Made by a program: the position numbers and the translations under genes. A DNA stretch of 61,047 bases, counting the filler. It is 9 parts of 9 records of this genome, joined end to end, with 100 filler letters (N's around TTAATTAATTAA, not from the genome) between each part and the next. Parts side by side here need not be neighbours in the genome. Positions count along the whole stretch, not along the records: positions 49,318 to 55,356 come from SRR31156797_56497; positions 55,457 to 61,047 come from SRR31156797_56510; 7 more parts are not named here. One strand, 5' to 3'. The notes under the pieces were generated by a model. It was not told where the DNA came from and ran no database searches. It was given only the letters and a program-made list of their open reading frames with translations. Shown here in pieces: positions 51,077 through 60,707 of the stretch (position 1 is the first letter of the stretch; each line of letters starts with the position of its first letter).

Positions 51077-51195
51077 GAATATTCATGGCAAATAAATGGA
51101 TTAATTCGAACAGGCAAAAACGAAATCCGGAGGTATAAATACCGAAATTTAATAATAGAAAAATAAGTCCGTTTTATAATGGGGTCCATGTGGAC

Positions 51196-51245
51196 AAAAA
51201 AAGGCCATCAACCGGAAAACTTTGGCGAGCTATCAGTTGATGACC
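51196..51245 (-). terminator. Long hairpin with a U-tract on the minus strand
   Basis: GGTCATCAAC...CTCGCCAAAG...GTTGATGGCC followed by T7. Confidence 0.55.
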
Positions 51246-51519
51246 CGGGCAGGCGCATAAGGTAAACCAACCTTTACAGGTTGAATTAGCTTTTCGCCTT
51301 TCTATAAGCTACCGCATACCCCCTTAAAAATCAAGCATTATGTATCCGTTTCGCTTATGTTCGCACGGATTCGTACGCCCTCGGCCGGTCGGATTAAGCG
51401 ATTCCTGGAACGGATGCAGGTAATGCCGGGGAGGTGAGCCAAATCATCGGAAAAAGGTAATCATCAGCAACCATGAACTATTCCAACTCTCAAAACCAAA
51501 AAACGTATAGGGGGATGAT

Positions 51520-52671
51520 ATGGAAGCAATGGAAAGGCTGGCGCAACATCTGGCCGGCCGGTCAACCGAACTGAGAAAGCTCAAGGAACAGGGAGTCAAA
51601 ATCATAGGGTACCCGCCGGGCGGTTATATGCCCGAAGAACTGGTATATGCCGCCGGAGCGGTTCCCATATGTCTGCTCAGAGGCGGCGATCCGGAACCGC
51701 TAACCGAAAGCCTGGCTTATTTACCTCGCTTCATAGACACATTCTGCAGGGCTCAAATCGGTTATCGGATACTGGGCGAAGAACCACTTTATCAAATGCC
51801 GGACCTTATTGTCGCACCCATCACTGATTGCAATAATAAAGCAATTGCCGAATGCTGGAATTTCTATACGGATACCGAAGTTTTCCGGTACGGAGTCCCA
51901 GCCAACAAGGATGAGCAGGGAATCGCTTCCGATTTCTACCTGCGCGCGCTGCGTCTTCTCAAGGAAAAACTGGAAGACTTCACCGGTAACAAAATCACTG
52001 ATGAAAAACTCAAGGAAGAAATAGAAACCGGAAACAAAATACGGTCCCTTCTCAGATCCATCAGCCTGATGCGCCGTTCAGGAAGAGCGCCCATTTCCAG
52101 CCAGGATTTCGTCAAGCTGCATCACGTCTCGTTTTATGCCGAAAAAACAGAATTCCTGAACATTCTTGAATCCATTTACAGTGAGCTAAAGAGCATGGCG
52201 CCCCAGCCGGCTAACGGACCTCGAATCCTGTTCACCGGTTCCACCCTGGCCATGGGCGACAACAAAATCTATGAACTCTTAGAAGGAACAGGCGCTGAAA
52301 TTGTTTTTGAGGAATTCGGCGAAGGCCTCAGGCCTTACATGCATGACGTGGATCTGAATGGCGGAGATCCCCTCAAGGCCCTGGCTAAAACCTATTTTGA
52401 CGACCGCATCCCGCCGGGTTGGGCCAGGCCCTGGGATGAAAGCATGGATCACCTGGTTGACCTGGCCAGGGACTTCAAGGTCGACGGAGTGCTTTGGTAC
52501 CAGCTTATGTACCGGGATGGTTACGACATGCAATCCCATGTTTTTGAAAAAAAGCTCCAGGCCGACACGGGCCTGCCCATGCTCAAGCTGGAATCAGATT
52601 ACGACACCTCGGAAAAAGGCCCCTTTAAAACCAGGATCGAAACATTCGTCCAAATGATTCAGGGAGGTTAA
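51520..52671 (+). CDS. 2-hydroxyacyl-CoA dehydratase family subunit (HgdB/FldC/BcrC-like)
   Basis: MPEELVYAAGAVP, DTFCRA, ITDCN, GPRILFTGS, VDGVLW, LKLESDY...KTRIETF. Confidence 0.9.
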   Translation: MEAMERLAQHLAGRSTELRKLKEQGVKIIGYPPGGYMPEELVYAAGAVPICLLRGGDPEPLTESLAYLPRFIDTFCRAQIGYRILGEEPLYQMPDLIVAPITDCNNKAIAECWNFYTDTEVFRYGVPANKDEQGIASDFYLRALRLLKEKLEDFTGNKITDEKLKEEIETGNKIRSLLRSISLMRRSGRAPISSQDFVKLHHVSFYAEKTEFLNILESIYSELKSMAPQPANGPRILFTGSTLAMGDNKIYELLEGTGAEIVFEEFGEGLRPYMHDVDLNGGDPLKALAKTYFDDRIPPGWARPWDESMDHLVDLARDFKVDGVLWYQLMYRDGYDMQSHVFEKKLQADTGLPMLKLESDYDTSEKGPFKTRIETFVQMIQGG

Positions 52672-52674
52672 GCC

Positions 52675-54084
52675 ATGTATTCCAAACTTTTCCAAATGTG
52701 CGGTTTTACCCAGGCCGAAATTGATGAACAACGCCCTAGAATCGATAAAGTCCTGGAACGCATCGGCGTCACAACCAAGGAAGCTGTCAGAGAAGCAGAA
52801 GAATGCGTTCAAGCTAATTTTGATGTGGAACTCAACGGCACACGCCAGTTTTTATGGGTTTTCATGAACGAGTTCCTGGACGCGGTTCTGGCCCGGGATG
52901 AAAACGATTGCGTTGTTTACTCAAACCTGCCGATTCCATTCCACGTGTCTCAGCCTTTTATCGAAGCCGTTAAAGATAAGGGTTCCAAGGTCTATGTCGG
53001 CTGCGCCCTTGATATGTGCTGGCAGGTGCTGGGGCCGGTTTTCAACCAGGTCAACGATCTGCTGGAAGCCGGGGAGTTACTGGGCCAAACAGCCGGCCGC
53101 GCCCATTGCTCTCACTACCAGATTAATGCCGGCCTGTATGAAAAAGGCATAATTCCCAAGCCTGATCTGCTGATCGGATCGGGCCTTTTCTGCGACCAGT
53201 CTGCCGAAGCGGACGAGCTCACATCCAAGCTGTATGATTTCCCGACGGTTTATATCGACGGTCTGAATGACTGGAATTACGGGACCTGGCCCGATCTTGA
53301 AGAACACGGCGTTCAGTATGTCAGAGAAAAACTTGTGAACGCGTACCGCACTTTTGAAGAGGCAACCGGAGTTCCCGTCACCGAAGAACACCTGGCCAAA
53401 GGCCTGACCTATGTCGGAAAAACCACCATGGGTTGGCAGAACCTGGTGGATATGGTGGCGAAAATCGATCCGCAGCCTATCAGTCAGGCCGACATCACTC
53501 TGCCTTTCTATATCTGGTCACTCTTCAATCATTATGAACCGCAAGCCCTGGCCGCCTTCAACGCCATGATGCGCGATGTCAATAAAAGGAAAAAAGAAGG
53601 CAAGGGCGTCGTACCCAAGGGAGCGCCGTCAGTATACGTCCAATTAAGGACCAACTGCGACACCCGGCCAATGAAAACTTTCGAAGAGCTCGGTCTCAGA
53701 GTTCCCATGATGTTCTTCGACAAGATGCTCCCCGAAACCATGGCCGAAAGTCAATATACGGATCTTTATTCAATCGTAGCCGAAGCGTTGTATAAAATCC
53801 CCATATTCGCCGGTACTGAAAGCTCGATCGAATACTGGGAACGCATGTGCAAGATGAATGAAGTCGACGGAATGATCATGTGGTACCAGTTCTCCTGCCG
53901 TCCCTGGTGCGCCCCGCCCCTTATGGGTAAAAGGGCGATTCAAGAAAGGCTCGGCATCCCCGTCCTTATTGTGGAAGGCGACAGTTGGGACAGCCGAAAC
54001 TATAGCCACGGTCAATTGAGGACCAGGGTTGAATCCTTTGCCGAAGTTCTGAAAATGAAAAAAGCCGCCCAAATGGCCGCCTGA
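52675..54084 (+). CDS. 2-hydroxyacyl-CoA dehydratase family subunit (HgdA/FldB/BcrB-like)
   Basis: AHCS, FCDQ, VDGMI...SCRP, GIPVLIVEGD...QLRTRVESFAE. Confidence 0.85.
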   Translation: MYSKLFQMCGFTQAEIDEQRPRIDKVLERIGVTTKEAVREAEECVQANFDVELNGTRQFLWVFMNEFLDAVLARDENDCVVYSNLPIPFHVSQPFIEAVKDKGSKVYVGCALDMCWQVLGPVFNQVNDLLEAGELLGQTAGRAHCSHYQINAGLYEKGIIPKPDLLIGSGLFCDQSAEADELTSKLYDFPTVYIDGLNDWNYGTWPDLEEHGVQYVREKLVNAYRTFEEATGVPVTEEHLAKGLTYVGKTTMGWQNLVDMVAKIDPQPISQADITLPFYIWSLFNHYEPQALAAFNAMMRDVNKRKKEGKGVVPKGAPSVYVQLRTNCDTRPMKTFEELGLRVPMMFFDKMLPETMAESQYTDLYSIVAEALYKIPIFAGTESSIEYWERMCKMNEVDGMIMWYQFSCRPWCAPPLMGKRAIQERLGIPVLIVEGDSWDSRNYSHGQLRTRVESFAEVLKMKKAAQMAA

Positions 54085-54263
54085 CTGCAGGCTTTGACGC
54101 CATAACCCAATAAGGAGGTAGTCAAACAGAGCCGGGAATGCGACCGTCCTACGCCCAAAACATGCCGAAACCCGCTTCTGCATATTCTGCTTAGCGGTTC
54201 GCATTCCCAAACCCTTTTGACGCCCTATTCCTATTCGGCTTCAAACGATCGGGGGAAATAATA

Positions 54264-55076
54264 ATGATTGTAGCAGGCGTTGATGTAGGAGCCGCAACAG
54301 CGAAAACAGCCATAGTGGTTGATAATGAATTCATATCCCATGCCGTAATGCCTACGGGAGACAACGTACCTCAAGCAGCCAATGAAGTAACTGAAAAGGC
54401 TCTTCAAAAAAGCGGTCTTTCCATGTTGGATCTTGATTACGTTGTTTCCACCGGATATGGACGGAACAACGTCCTTTTCTCAAACAAAGCAATCAGCGAA
54501 ATAATCTGCCACGCCAAAGGAGTCCATTTTCAGATTCCCGGCGCCAAAACTATAATCGATATCGGAGGACAGGACAGCAAGGTCATAGGACTTGGCGAAC
54601 AAGGAACTGTAAGCAATTTTGTCATGAATGATAAATGCGCGGCCGGCACCGGACGCTTTCTAGAAGTCATGGCCGGAGTGCTTAAACTCACTATCGACGA
54701 CATGGGTCCGGTCTCACTGACCAGCAGGGATCATGCCCGGATCACCAGCACCTGCACCATTTTCGCCGAATCCGAAATGATTTCTCTGCGCGCCGACGGC
54801 GCCAAAAGAGAAGACATTGTGGCCGGCATTCACAGGGCGGTTGCCAAGCGTGTGATCATCATGGGAAAAACCGTGGGATACAAAAAGGATGTCGTGTTCA
54901 CCGGCGGCGTGGCCATGAATTCGGGCGTATTGAAATTCCTCGAAGATTTCCTGGACACAAAAATATTGATTCCGGAAGCGCCCCAAATCATGGGCGCCCT
55001 GGGGGCCGCCCTGCTGGCGGGCGCGGATATCGGTTTTGCCCGCCAAACGGTTCAAAGAGCCGACGCGGCCGGATAG
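54264..55076 (+). CDS. ATP-dependent CoA-substrate enzyme activase (HgdC/BcrAD_BadFG, ASKHA)
   Basis: GVDVGAATAK, STGYGR, IDIGGQDSK, MNDKCAAGTGRFLE, STCTIFAESE. Confidence 0.95.
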   Translation: MIVAGVDVGAATAKTAIVVDNEFISHAVMPTGDNVPQAANEVTEKALQKSGLSMLDLDYVVSTGYGRNNVLFSNKAISEIICHAKGVHFQIPGAKTIIDIGGQDSKVIGLGEQGTVSNFVMNDKCAAGTGRFLEVMAGVLKLTIDDMGPVSLTSRDHARITSTCTIFAESEMISLRADGAKREDIVAGIHRAVAKRVIIMGKTVGYKKDVVFTGGVAMNSGVLKFLEDFLDTKILIPEAPQIMGALGAALLAGADIGFARQTVQRADAAG

Positions 55077-55108
55077 CTTCGAATCATAATAACAAAAGGT
55101 GACATACA

Positions 55109-55356
55109 ATGAGGGAAACAGAAAAAATACTTCAGAAGTGCCGAGGAGACGCCGCCCCCGCCTGCATGGCCGCCTGTCCGGCGCACGTCAACGTTAAGGG
55201 GTACGCGTCCTTAATCGCCCAAAGCCGCTTTAAGGAAGCCCTGGATCTCATCAGAACAACCATGCCCTTCCCTGGAGTGTGCGGCCGCGTCTGTACTCAT
55301 CCCTGTGAATCCGAATGCGAGCGAAACTGGTTAGACCAACCCGTGGCCATACGGGC
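55109..55356 (+). CDS. GltD/NfnB-like Fe-S flavoprotein N-terminus (truncated)
   Basis: PACMAACPAH, PFPGVCGRVCTHPCESECER, PVAIR (Fer4_20). Confidence 0.85.
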
Positions 55357-55456
55357 NNNNNNNNNNNNNNNNNNNNNNNNNNNNNNNNNNNNNNNNNNNN
55401 TTAATTAATTAANNNNNNNNNNNNNNNNNNNNNNNNNNNNNNNNNNNNNNNNNNNN
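55357..55456. other. Artificial contig linker
   Basis: N-run with TTAATTAATTAA. Confidence 0.98.
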
Positions 55457-55945
55457 TTGCTGACCTCCTGAAAGAAAGGTTCCTTTTTTATGCAGCGAAT
55501 CTTTTACCTCGCTCCATAAAGCCACATCGTTTAATGCAGTTTCTACAATCTCGTCTCTTTCGTCTTGCTTTAAACGTATACCATTTAATTTATATCCGGC
55601 AATCACATTGTCGTAAATACTCATGGTTGGAAATGGATTTGGTCGTTGAAAAACCATTCCAATATGACGACGTAACTCAATAGTTGACATTTCCATGATA
55701 TTATCCCCGTTCAGGAAAATATTCCCTTCAGTTTTAATATCAGGATATAATTCATGCATTCTGTTAATGGCTCTCAGTAAGGTACTTTTACCACAACCGG
55801 ACGGTCCCATGATAGCGGTAATTGCATTCTTCTTGATGGTTACACTAACGTCTTTAACAGCGTACTTATCTGATTTATTATAGGCTATAGATAGGTTTTC
55901 AATTGAAAGTACCGGATCTTTTATAATGTCTATATTATTGTTCAT
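55457..55945 (-). CDS. pstB: Phosphate ABC transporter ATP-binding protein (3' truncated)
   Basis: GPSGCGKST, GMVFQRPNPFPTMSIYDNV, LSGGQQ. Confidence 0.95.
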
Positions 55946-56118
55946 TTTAAATAAATTAACCATAAAACTGTTAGGAAAAGCAGATGTAAAGTTGGTTTAG
56001 CAATTCTTTTTCAGTTTTATGCGTCTAACGTAATTCATAATGCAGCCAAATATACAAAACTCATTTATGGATTTTATTCAATTCAAAATTGGAATGATAT
56101 TTAGCTTATCATTTTATT

Positions 56119-57006
56119 TTATTTGTTCGCTGCTATTCGTTTTGAAACGATATTTAGAGTTAATACAAAGCCCATTAAAAATAATGATGAGCTCCAGATT
56201 AAATCAACCATATTCGGATCATTGTAAAAATCCCAGATAAGCAAGGGAACCGCACTTGTTGGTTTGTCAGGAGCCCAGTTAATCATAGGATTTCCTAATG
56301 TGGTCAACATTAAAGGTGCTGTTTCTCCCAATATTCTGGATATTGAAAGTAATATACCGGTAATTAATCCACTCTTACCAGAAGGGATAAGAACACGAAG
56401 AATTACTTTATAATATGGAGTCCCTAAAGCTAAGCCGGCTTCTTTTAAAGATACCGGAATCATTTTCATGGTTTCTTCGGTCGAACGAATAATTAAAGGA
56501 AGCATCATAATAACCAGGGCAACACTTCCTGCAAAAGCAGAATAACCGTGCGTTACACCTTTAACAATCCATAAATAGGCAATTAAACCTAAAACAATGG
56601 AGGGTACACCTTGTAGAATATCGGATAAACTTCGGATCAGACCGGCATATCTGCTACTTTGATTCTCGTATAAAAATAGTCCAATTAATATCCCAACAGG
56701 TATGGCAATTAAGGCTGCCATACCTACAATAAATAAAGTTCCGGTAATACCGTTAACAATTCCGCCGGGAATAATTTCATTATTACTTACGGCAGTCATT
56801 GCTTCGAATGTGCTTGGCGTTACCTCTGTAAAGAAAGAAAAATTAATTTGCTTAATTCCTTTAACTACAAGCTTCCCGATGATTAATATAATAGGTGAAA
56901 TAGTAATTATAGAAACAATAATTACACCCCATAAAAACATCTTATCTTTGGCTATACGATATGAGCTTTTAACCCTTATATCAACACTCTGAATTTCTTT
57001 TCCCAT
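56119..57006 (-). CDS. pstA: Phosphate ABC transporter permease PstA
   Basis: LQGVPSIVLGL, LKEAGLALG, RILGETAPL. Confidence 0.95.
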   Translation of the reverse strand: MGKEIQSVDIRVKSSYRIAKDKMFLWGVIIVSIITISPIILIIGKLVVKGIKQINFSFFTEVTPSTFEAMTAVSNNEIIPGGIVNGITGTLFIVGMAALIAIPVGILIGLFLYENQSSRYAGLIRSLSDILQGVPSIVLGLIAYLWIVKGVTHGYSAFAGSVALVIMMLPLIIRSTEETMKMIPVSLKEAGLALGTPYYKVILRVLIPSGKSGLITGILLSISRILGETAPLMLTTLGNPMINWAPDKPTSAVPLLIWDFYNDPNMVDLIWSSSLFLMGFVLTLNIVSKRIAANK

Positions 57007-57021
57007 TTTACCTTAATCTGT

Positions 57022-57873
57022 TTAAGATAACCTCTTAATAATTAGTTTTCCAATAGCGTTTACAATGCCTGTAATAATAAATAGTAAAAGACCTATGGCA
57101 ATTAACGCACTCAATTTTAATCCATCAGCTTCGCCAAATTGGTTGGCAATTACACTGGCCATACTATTTCCGGTACTAAATAAACCGGTAGGTATAATGT
57201 TAGCATTCCCAATAAGCATTGTTACTGCCATCGTTTCGCCCAAAGCTCTACCAAAAGCTAACACAAAAGCGGCCACTATTCCTGAACGGGCATTGGGTAA
57301 AACAACATTAAAAATTACTTCCATTCGAGTTGCACCCATTGCATAAGCAGCCTCTTTTAACTCATTAGGTACCATCGAAATAATCTCAGCACTTAAAGAG
57401 GTAGCATATGGGATAATCATAATGGCCAGTATTAATCCTGATGTGAAAATACCGTAACCTTGTGGATCAATTCCTAACGAAACTATAAATGGTCGGAGTG
57501 TATAAAAACCCCATAAACCATAAACAATGGAAGGAACACCTGCCAATAAATCTACCATAGAACCAATAATACTGGATACGGTTGTTTTCTTATAATATTC
57601 GGCAATAAACAAGGCGGTGGCAAATGCCATAGGTAAGCAAATTAACAGGGCAAGTATAGAGGTACTTAATGTACCTGCTATAAACGGTAAAGCGCCATAA
57701 CTTTCTCTACCTTCAGTTGGGTTCCATTCTGTAGAAGTAATAAAACCCCATCCAAATTTTTGAAATACTGGTACAGCATCACCAATAAGTGAGAATACCA
57801 TACCACCAGAAATCAAAAGGATAATAAATGATGAAAGAAAAAGAATATATTTTGTTATACTATCGCTTTTCAT
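57022..57873 (-). CDS. pstC: Phosphate ABC transporter permease PstC
   Basis: LLAGVPSIVYGLWG, KEAAYAMGATR, GRALGETMAV, IANQFGEA. Confidence 0.95.
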   Translation of the reverse strand: MKSDSITKYILFLSSFIILLISGGMVFSLIGDAVPVFQKFGWGFITSTEWNPTEGRESYGALPFIAGTLSTSILALLICLPMAFATALFIAEYYKKTTVSSIIGSMVDLLAGVPSIVYGLWGFYTLRPFIVSLGIDPQGYGIFTSGLILAIMIIPYATSLSAEIISMVPNELKEAAYAMGATRMEVIFNVVLPNARSGIVAAFVLAFGRALGETMAVTMLIGNANIIPTGLFSTGNSMASVIANQFGEADGLKLSALIAIGLLLFIITGIVNAIGKLIIKRLS

Positions 57874-57956
57874 ACTTCACAATTGTGCCTTAAACCTAAA
57901 AAAGCATCAAGGTATAACTAGCTATTGGGCTACTCAACCTTAATGTCTGTTAACAA

Positions 57957-57991
57957 GTAAAAAACAAATTCCAAAGGAATTTGCTTTTTAC
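57957..57991 (-). terminator. Hairpin between pstS and pstC (mRNA stabiliser or attenuating terminator)
   Basis: GTAAAAAACAAATTCC / GGAATTTGCTTTTTAC inverted repeat. Confidence 0.65.
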
Positions 57992-58025
57992 CTTTTTATC
58001 TTTATTATACTTCTTATTAAAAATC

Positions 58026-59093
58026 TTATTTTAATAAAGCTTCACCTTTGTAGGTTACTGATCTAAGAATAGCTTTAGCTTGCTTAACTGCTTTTTCTGG
58101 AAGAGGTGCGTAATTAACTTTAGAAGCACTAGCTTGTGCATTTTCGCTAACTACCCAGTCAAGGAATTGTAAAGTAGCTTCAGCCTGCGCTTTGCTTCTT
58201 CCTTCGTAAGCCTGATCTTTGTAAAGAATTAACCAGGTAAAACCACTAATAGGATAGGCATTGGCATCGTCTGAATCAGTAAGCATTACTCTTGTATCAG
58301 CAGGAAGTTCGCCTTGTGCTGCTGCACTAATAGACTCAATGCTTGGCTCAATGTAATTTCCACTTTTGTTTTGTAACAAAGCAACTGGAATTTTTTGAGC
58401 AAAAGCATACTCACTTCCTATATAACCAATAGAACCAGGTGTTGATTTAATAGTTCCTGCTACACCAGGATTTCCTTTAGCTCCAATTCCTACAGGCCAT
58501 TGAAGTGATTTACCACGTCCTACTTTTTCCTCCCATTTGCTGCTTATTTTGCTTAAAAAGTCGCTAAAAATGTAAGTAGTACCACTGCCGTCTGATCTGT
58601 GAACAAAAGTAATAGCCTGATCAGGTAAAGCGATACCGTCATTATTGGCTTTAATTTTAGGATCATTCCATTTGGTAATTTCTCCCATAAAAATTCCCTC
58701 TAATAACTCATTGGTTAACTTTAAACCTTCAACACCTTCCAGGTTATATGCAATTACTACGGCTCCTAAACAAGTTGGTATATGAACTATTTCAGAAGGC
58801 ATAGCCGCCATTTTTTCGTCAGATAAATAAGCATCAGTCGCTCCAAAATCAACTACTTTATCTTTAAGGCTTTTAATACCACCTCCAGAACCAATTCCTC
58901 CGTAAGTTACTAGGATACCAGTTTCTTTAATGTAGTTTTTAATAATCATGTTGTAATAAGGCATTGGGAATGTAGCCCCAGCTGCGGCAATACTTGTAGC
59001 TTTTTGAGAGTCGGATGATTTACTTTTATCACCACCATTCTGACATGCCATAAATAGGCCAGCTAACATAAGAACAACCAATAACTTTTTCAT
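58026..59093 (-). CDS. pstS: Phosphate ABC transporter substrate-binding lipoprotein PstS
   Basis: Lipobox FMAC, GATFP, GSGGG, DFGATD, HRSDGSGTT, YPISGFTW. Confidence 0.96.
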   Translation of the reverse strand: MKKLLVVLMLAGLFMACQNGGDKSKSSDSQKATSIAAAGATFPMPYYNMIIKNYIKETGILVTYGGIGSGGGIKSLKDKVVDFGATDAYLSDEKMAAMPSEIVHIPTCLGAVVIAYNLEGVEGLKLTNELLEGIFMGEITKWNDPKIKANNDGIALPDQAITFVHRSDGSGTTYIFSDFLSKISSKWEEKVGRGKSLQWPVGIGAKGNPGVAGTIKSTPGSIGYIGSEYAFAQKIPVALLQNKSGNYIEPSIESISAAAQGELPADTRVMLTDSDDANAYPISGFTWLILYKDQAYEGRSKAQAEATLQFLDWVVSENAQASASKVNYAPLPEKAVKQAKAILRSVTYKGEALLK

Positions 59094-59221
59094 CTTAATG
59101 TATTGTTTAAATTAAATTAATTAGACTTTTAGTCTTAGTTTAAATATTTAAAACGCTTTTGCTAGATCGTTTTACTTTATTTATGAATCTATAAAAAATA
59201 GATTTTTAATGCTACAAATAT

Positions 59222-59282
59222 ATTAACACAGCGTTACTCGTTAGTTAAGCAATCGTTACAATGATGTTACTTTTTTGCTAGG
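59222..59282 (-). promoter_or_regulatory. Pho-box-like array upstream of pstS
   Basis: ATTA/GTTA/GTTA/GTTA/GTTA/GCTA at 59222, 59233, 59244, 59255, 59266 and 59277: exact 11-bp period. Confidence 0.75.
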
Positions 59283-59407
59283 AGTAATAAGCTATACAGC
59301 GATATCTTTGTTATAAAGACATGTTAAAAATCGTTTAGACAATACTGAAAATATATTGATATAGTAACACTAATCTAACTTTTTAACTCAGTAAAAGCTT
59401 TTGAGCT

Positions 59408-60547
59408 TTAAAACTGAAATTCCATTTGTAATCTGGTAATGATTTGATCTTGATTACCTATTTTGTCACGTAAAGTAACATCTCCTTGAATCTTAAAATT
59501 ATTACCAATAATATATTTGCTTACAGCAAAGGTATAATCTGTAATCTCAGGGTAGTACGCAGTTTCATTCGGTTTAGTAAAAGAATAACGTCCGGATAAT
59601 TCCCAGTTGTTCTTGAATACATAACCCGTTTGAACATTGGCACCATAACCGGTATAATAAGCGCCTTCAATACTTCCATTCTCATAAACAAATTCGTTAT
59701 CATCAGTTACAGATCTGGAACCTCCTTCTAGTAATAAAGAGTATCCTCTGTATTTTAGTAAGAAATCACCTCCTACGTTTAGTAAATCTGCTTCTCCTCC
59801 AATTACATCTCCTATTTGTCCACCATCTTTATAGGCGTCTTTGTTGTGGTTAGCATAAACAGCAAAAGCAACTTTAGGAGTTTCTTCGCGGCTTAAATCA
59901 GCAGATTTATAATGTCCTTTCGATTTGAATTCTCCTAAGGGAAGAACTTCTAATTTTCCGGTTAAACTAAGTCCTGGTGCAAAATCATTATCTTCTATAC
60001 CATTACCAGAGGTGATAGCCCAGCTATCTTGAAAAATTGCTTTACCTATTTTAAATTTATGGTGAAGTTGGATACCAGCATCCCTGTCTAAAGTGTAGTA
60101 TTTATTAAATACCGAACGATCTGCCATTTGTAAATTAGCTGATGAAACCAAACGCTCTCTGTTACTTGGAAGTTTTCCTTGACCAAACCATAACTGTAGG
60201 TTATTCATCTTGTACTTCACTAATGCGTCTCTTACGTACCCACCTGCTAAATCGTATTCAATTTTATAAACAAGATTTTCGTTAAGGAAATACCCGTCGA
60301 ACTTTAAGCGTGCTCTTTTTACAAAAGCTTTGTTCTCAAAGTTATTGTCAGAATTAGAGTTTAAGGTGTTGTGGAATTCCCACCTTGTTTGAATTCTTGT
60401 GGTAAGTTTAAGATAAAATAAATCATCCTCAGTCTTAAACTGAATACCTTTTCCAACTTTTGCAGCTACATCTGCATTTGATTGTGCTTGAATTCCGTAA
60501 GTGCATAACAAACCTAATATCGCACTTAAAAATACAATTTTTCTCAT
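59408..60547 (-). CDS. Phosphate-selective porin (OprO/OprP family)
   Basis: Signal peptide, KRARLKFDG, GQGKLP..RE...SS..LQ..DRS, C-terminal Phe; lies upstream of pstS. Confidence 0.88.
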   Translation of the reverse strand: MRKIVFLSAILGLLCTYGIQAQSNADVAAKVGKGIQFKTEDDLFYLKLTTRIQTRWEFHNTLNSNSDNNFENKAFVKRARLKFDGYFLNENLVYKIEYDLAGGYVRDALVKYKMNNLQLWFGQGKLPSNRERLVSSANLQMADRSVFNKYYTLDRDAGIQLHHKFKIGKAIFQDSWAITSGNGIEDNDFAPGLSLTGKLEVLPLGEFKSKGHYKSADLSREETPKVAFAVYANHNKDAYKDGGQIGDVIGGEADLLNVGGDFLLKYRGYSLLLEGGSRSVTDDNEFVYENGSIEGAYYTGYGANVQTGYVFKNNWELSGRYSFTKPNETAYYPEITDYTFAVSKYIIGNNFKIQGDVTLRDKIGNQDQIITRLQMEFQF

Positions 60548-60668
60548 TTTAATTCCTGTGTTTTATTTATCAATGCACCTCCCACAATGCATTGGTAAAG
60601 ATTTATTAATGTGTTATAAATTTTCCTTATTTCCCGATGCAAACATATTTCATAGTCACCAATGTGCT

Positions 60669-60707
60669 ATTAAGTACGAGTTACTTTACTGTTAAAAAAA
60701 AGTTAAG
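60669..60707 (-). promoter_or_regulatory. Pho-box-like array upstream of the porin gene
   Basis: ATTAAG/GTTACT/GTTAAA/GTTAAG at 60669, 60680, 60691 and 60702: 11-bp period. Confidence 0.7.

Noticed and set aside
51520-55076. Calling the operon a class I benzoyl-CoA reductase
   Set aside because: Only one activator subunit is visible and there are no dch/had/oah genes; it cannot be distinguished from a dehydratase without phylogeny.
6949-55456. TTAATTAATTAA motif recurring eight times within N-runs
   Set aside because: Artificial linker between contigs, not a biological repeat or CRISPR. ORFs that run into X residues are truncated or artefactual.
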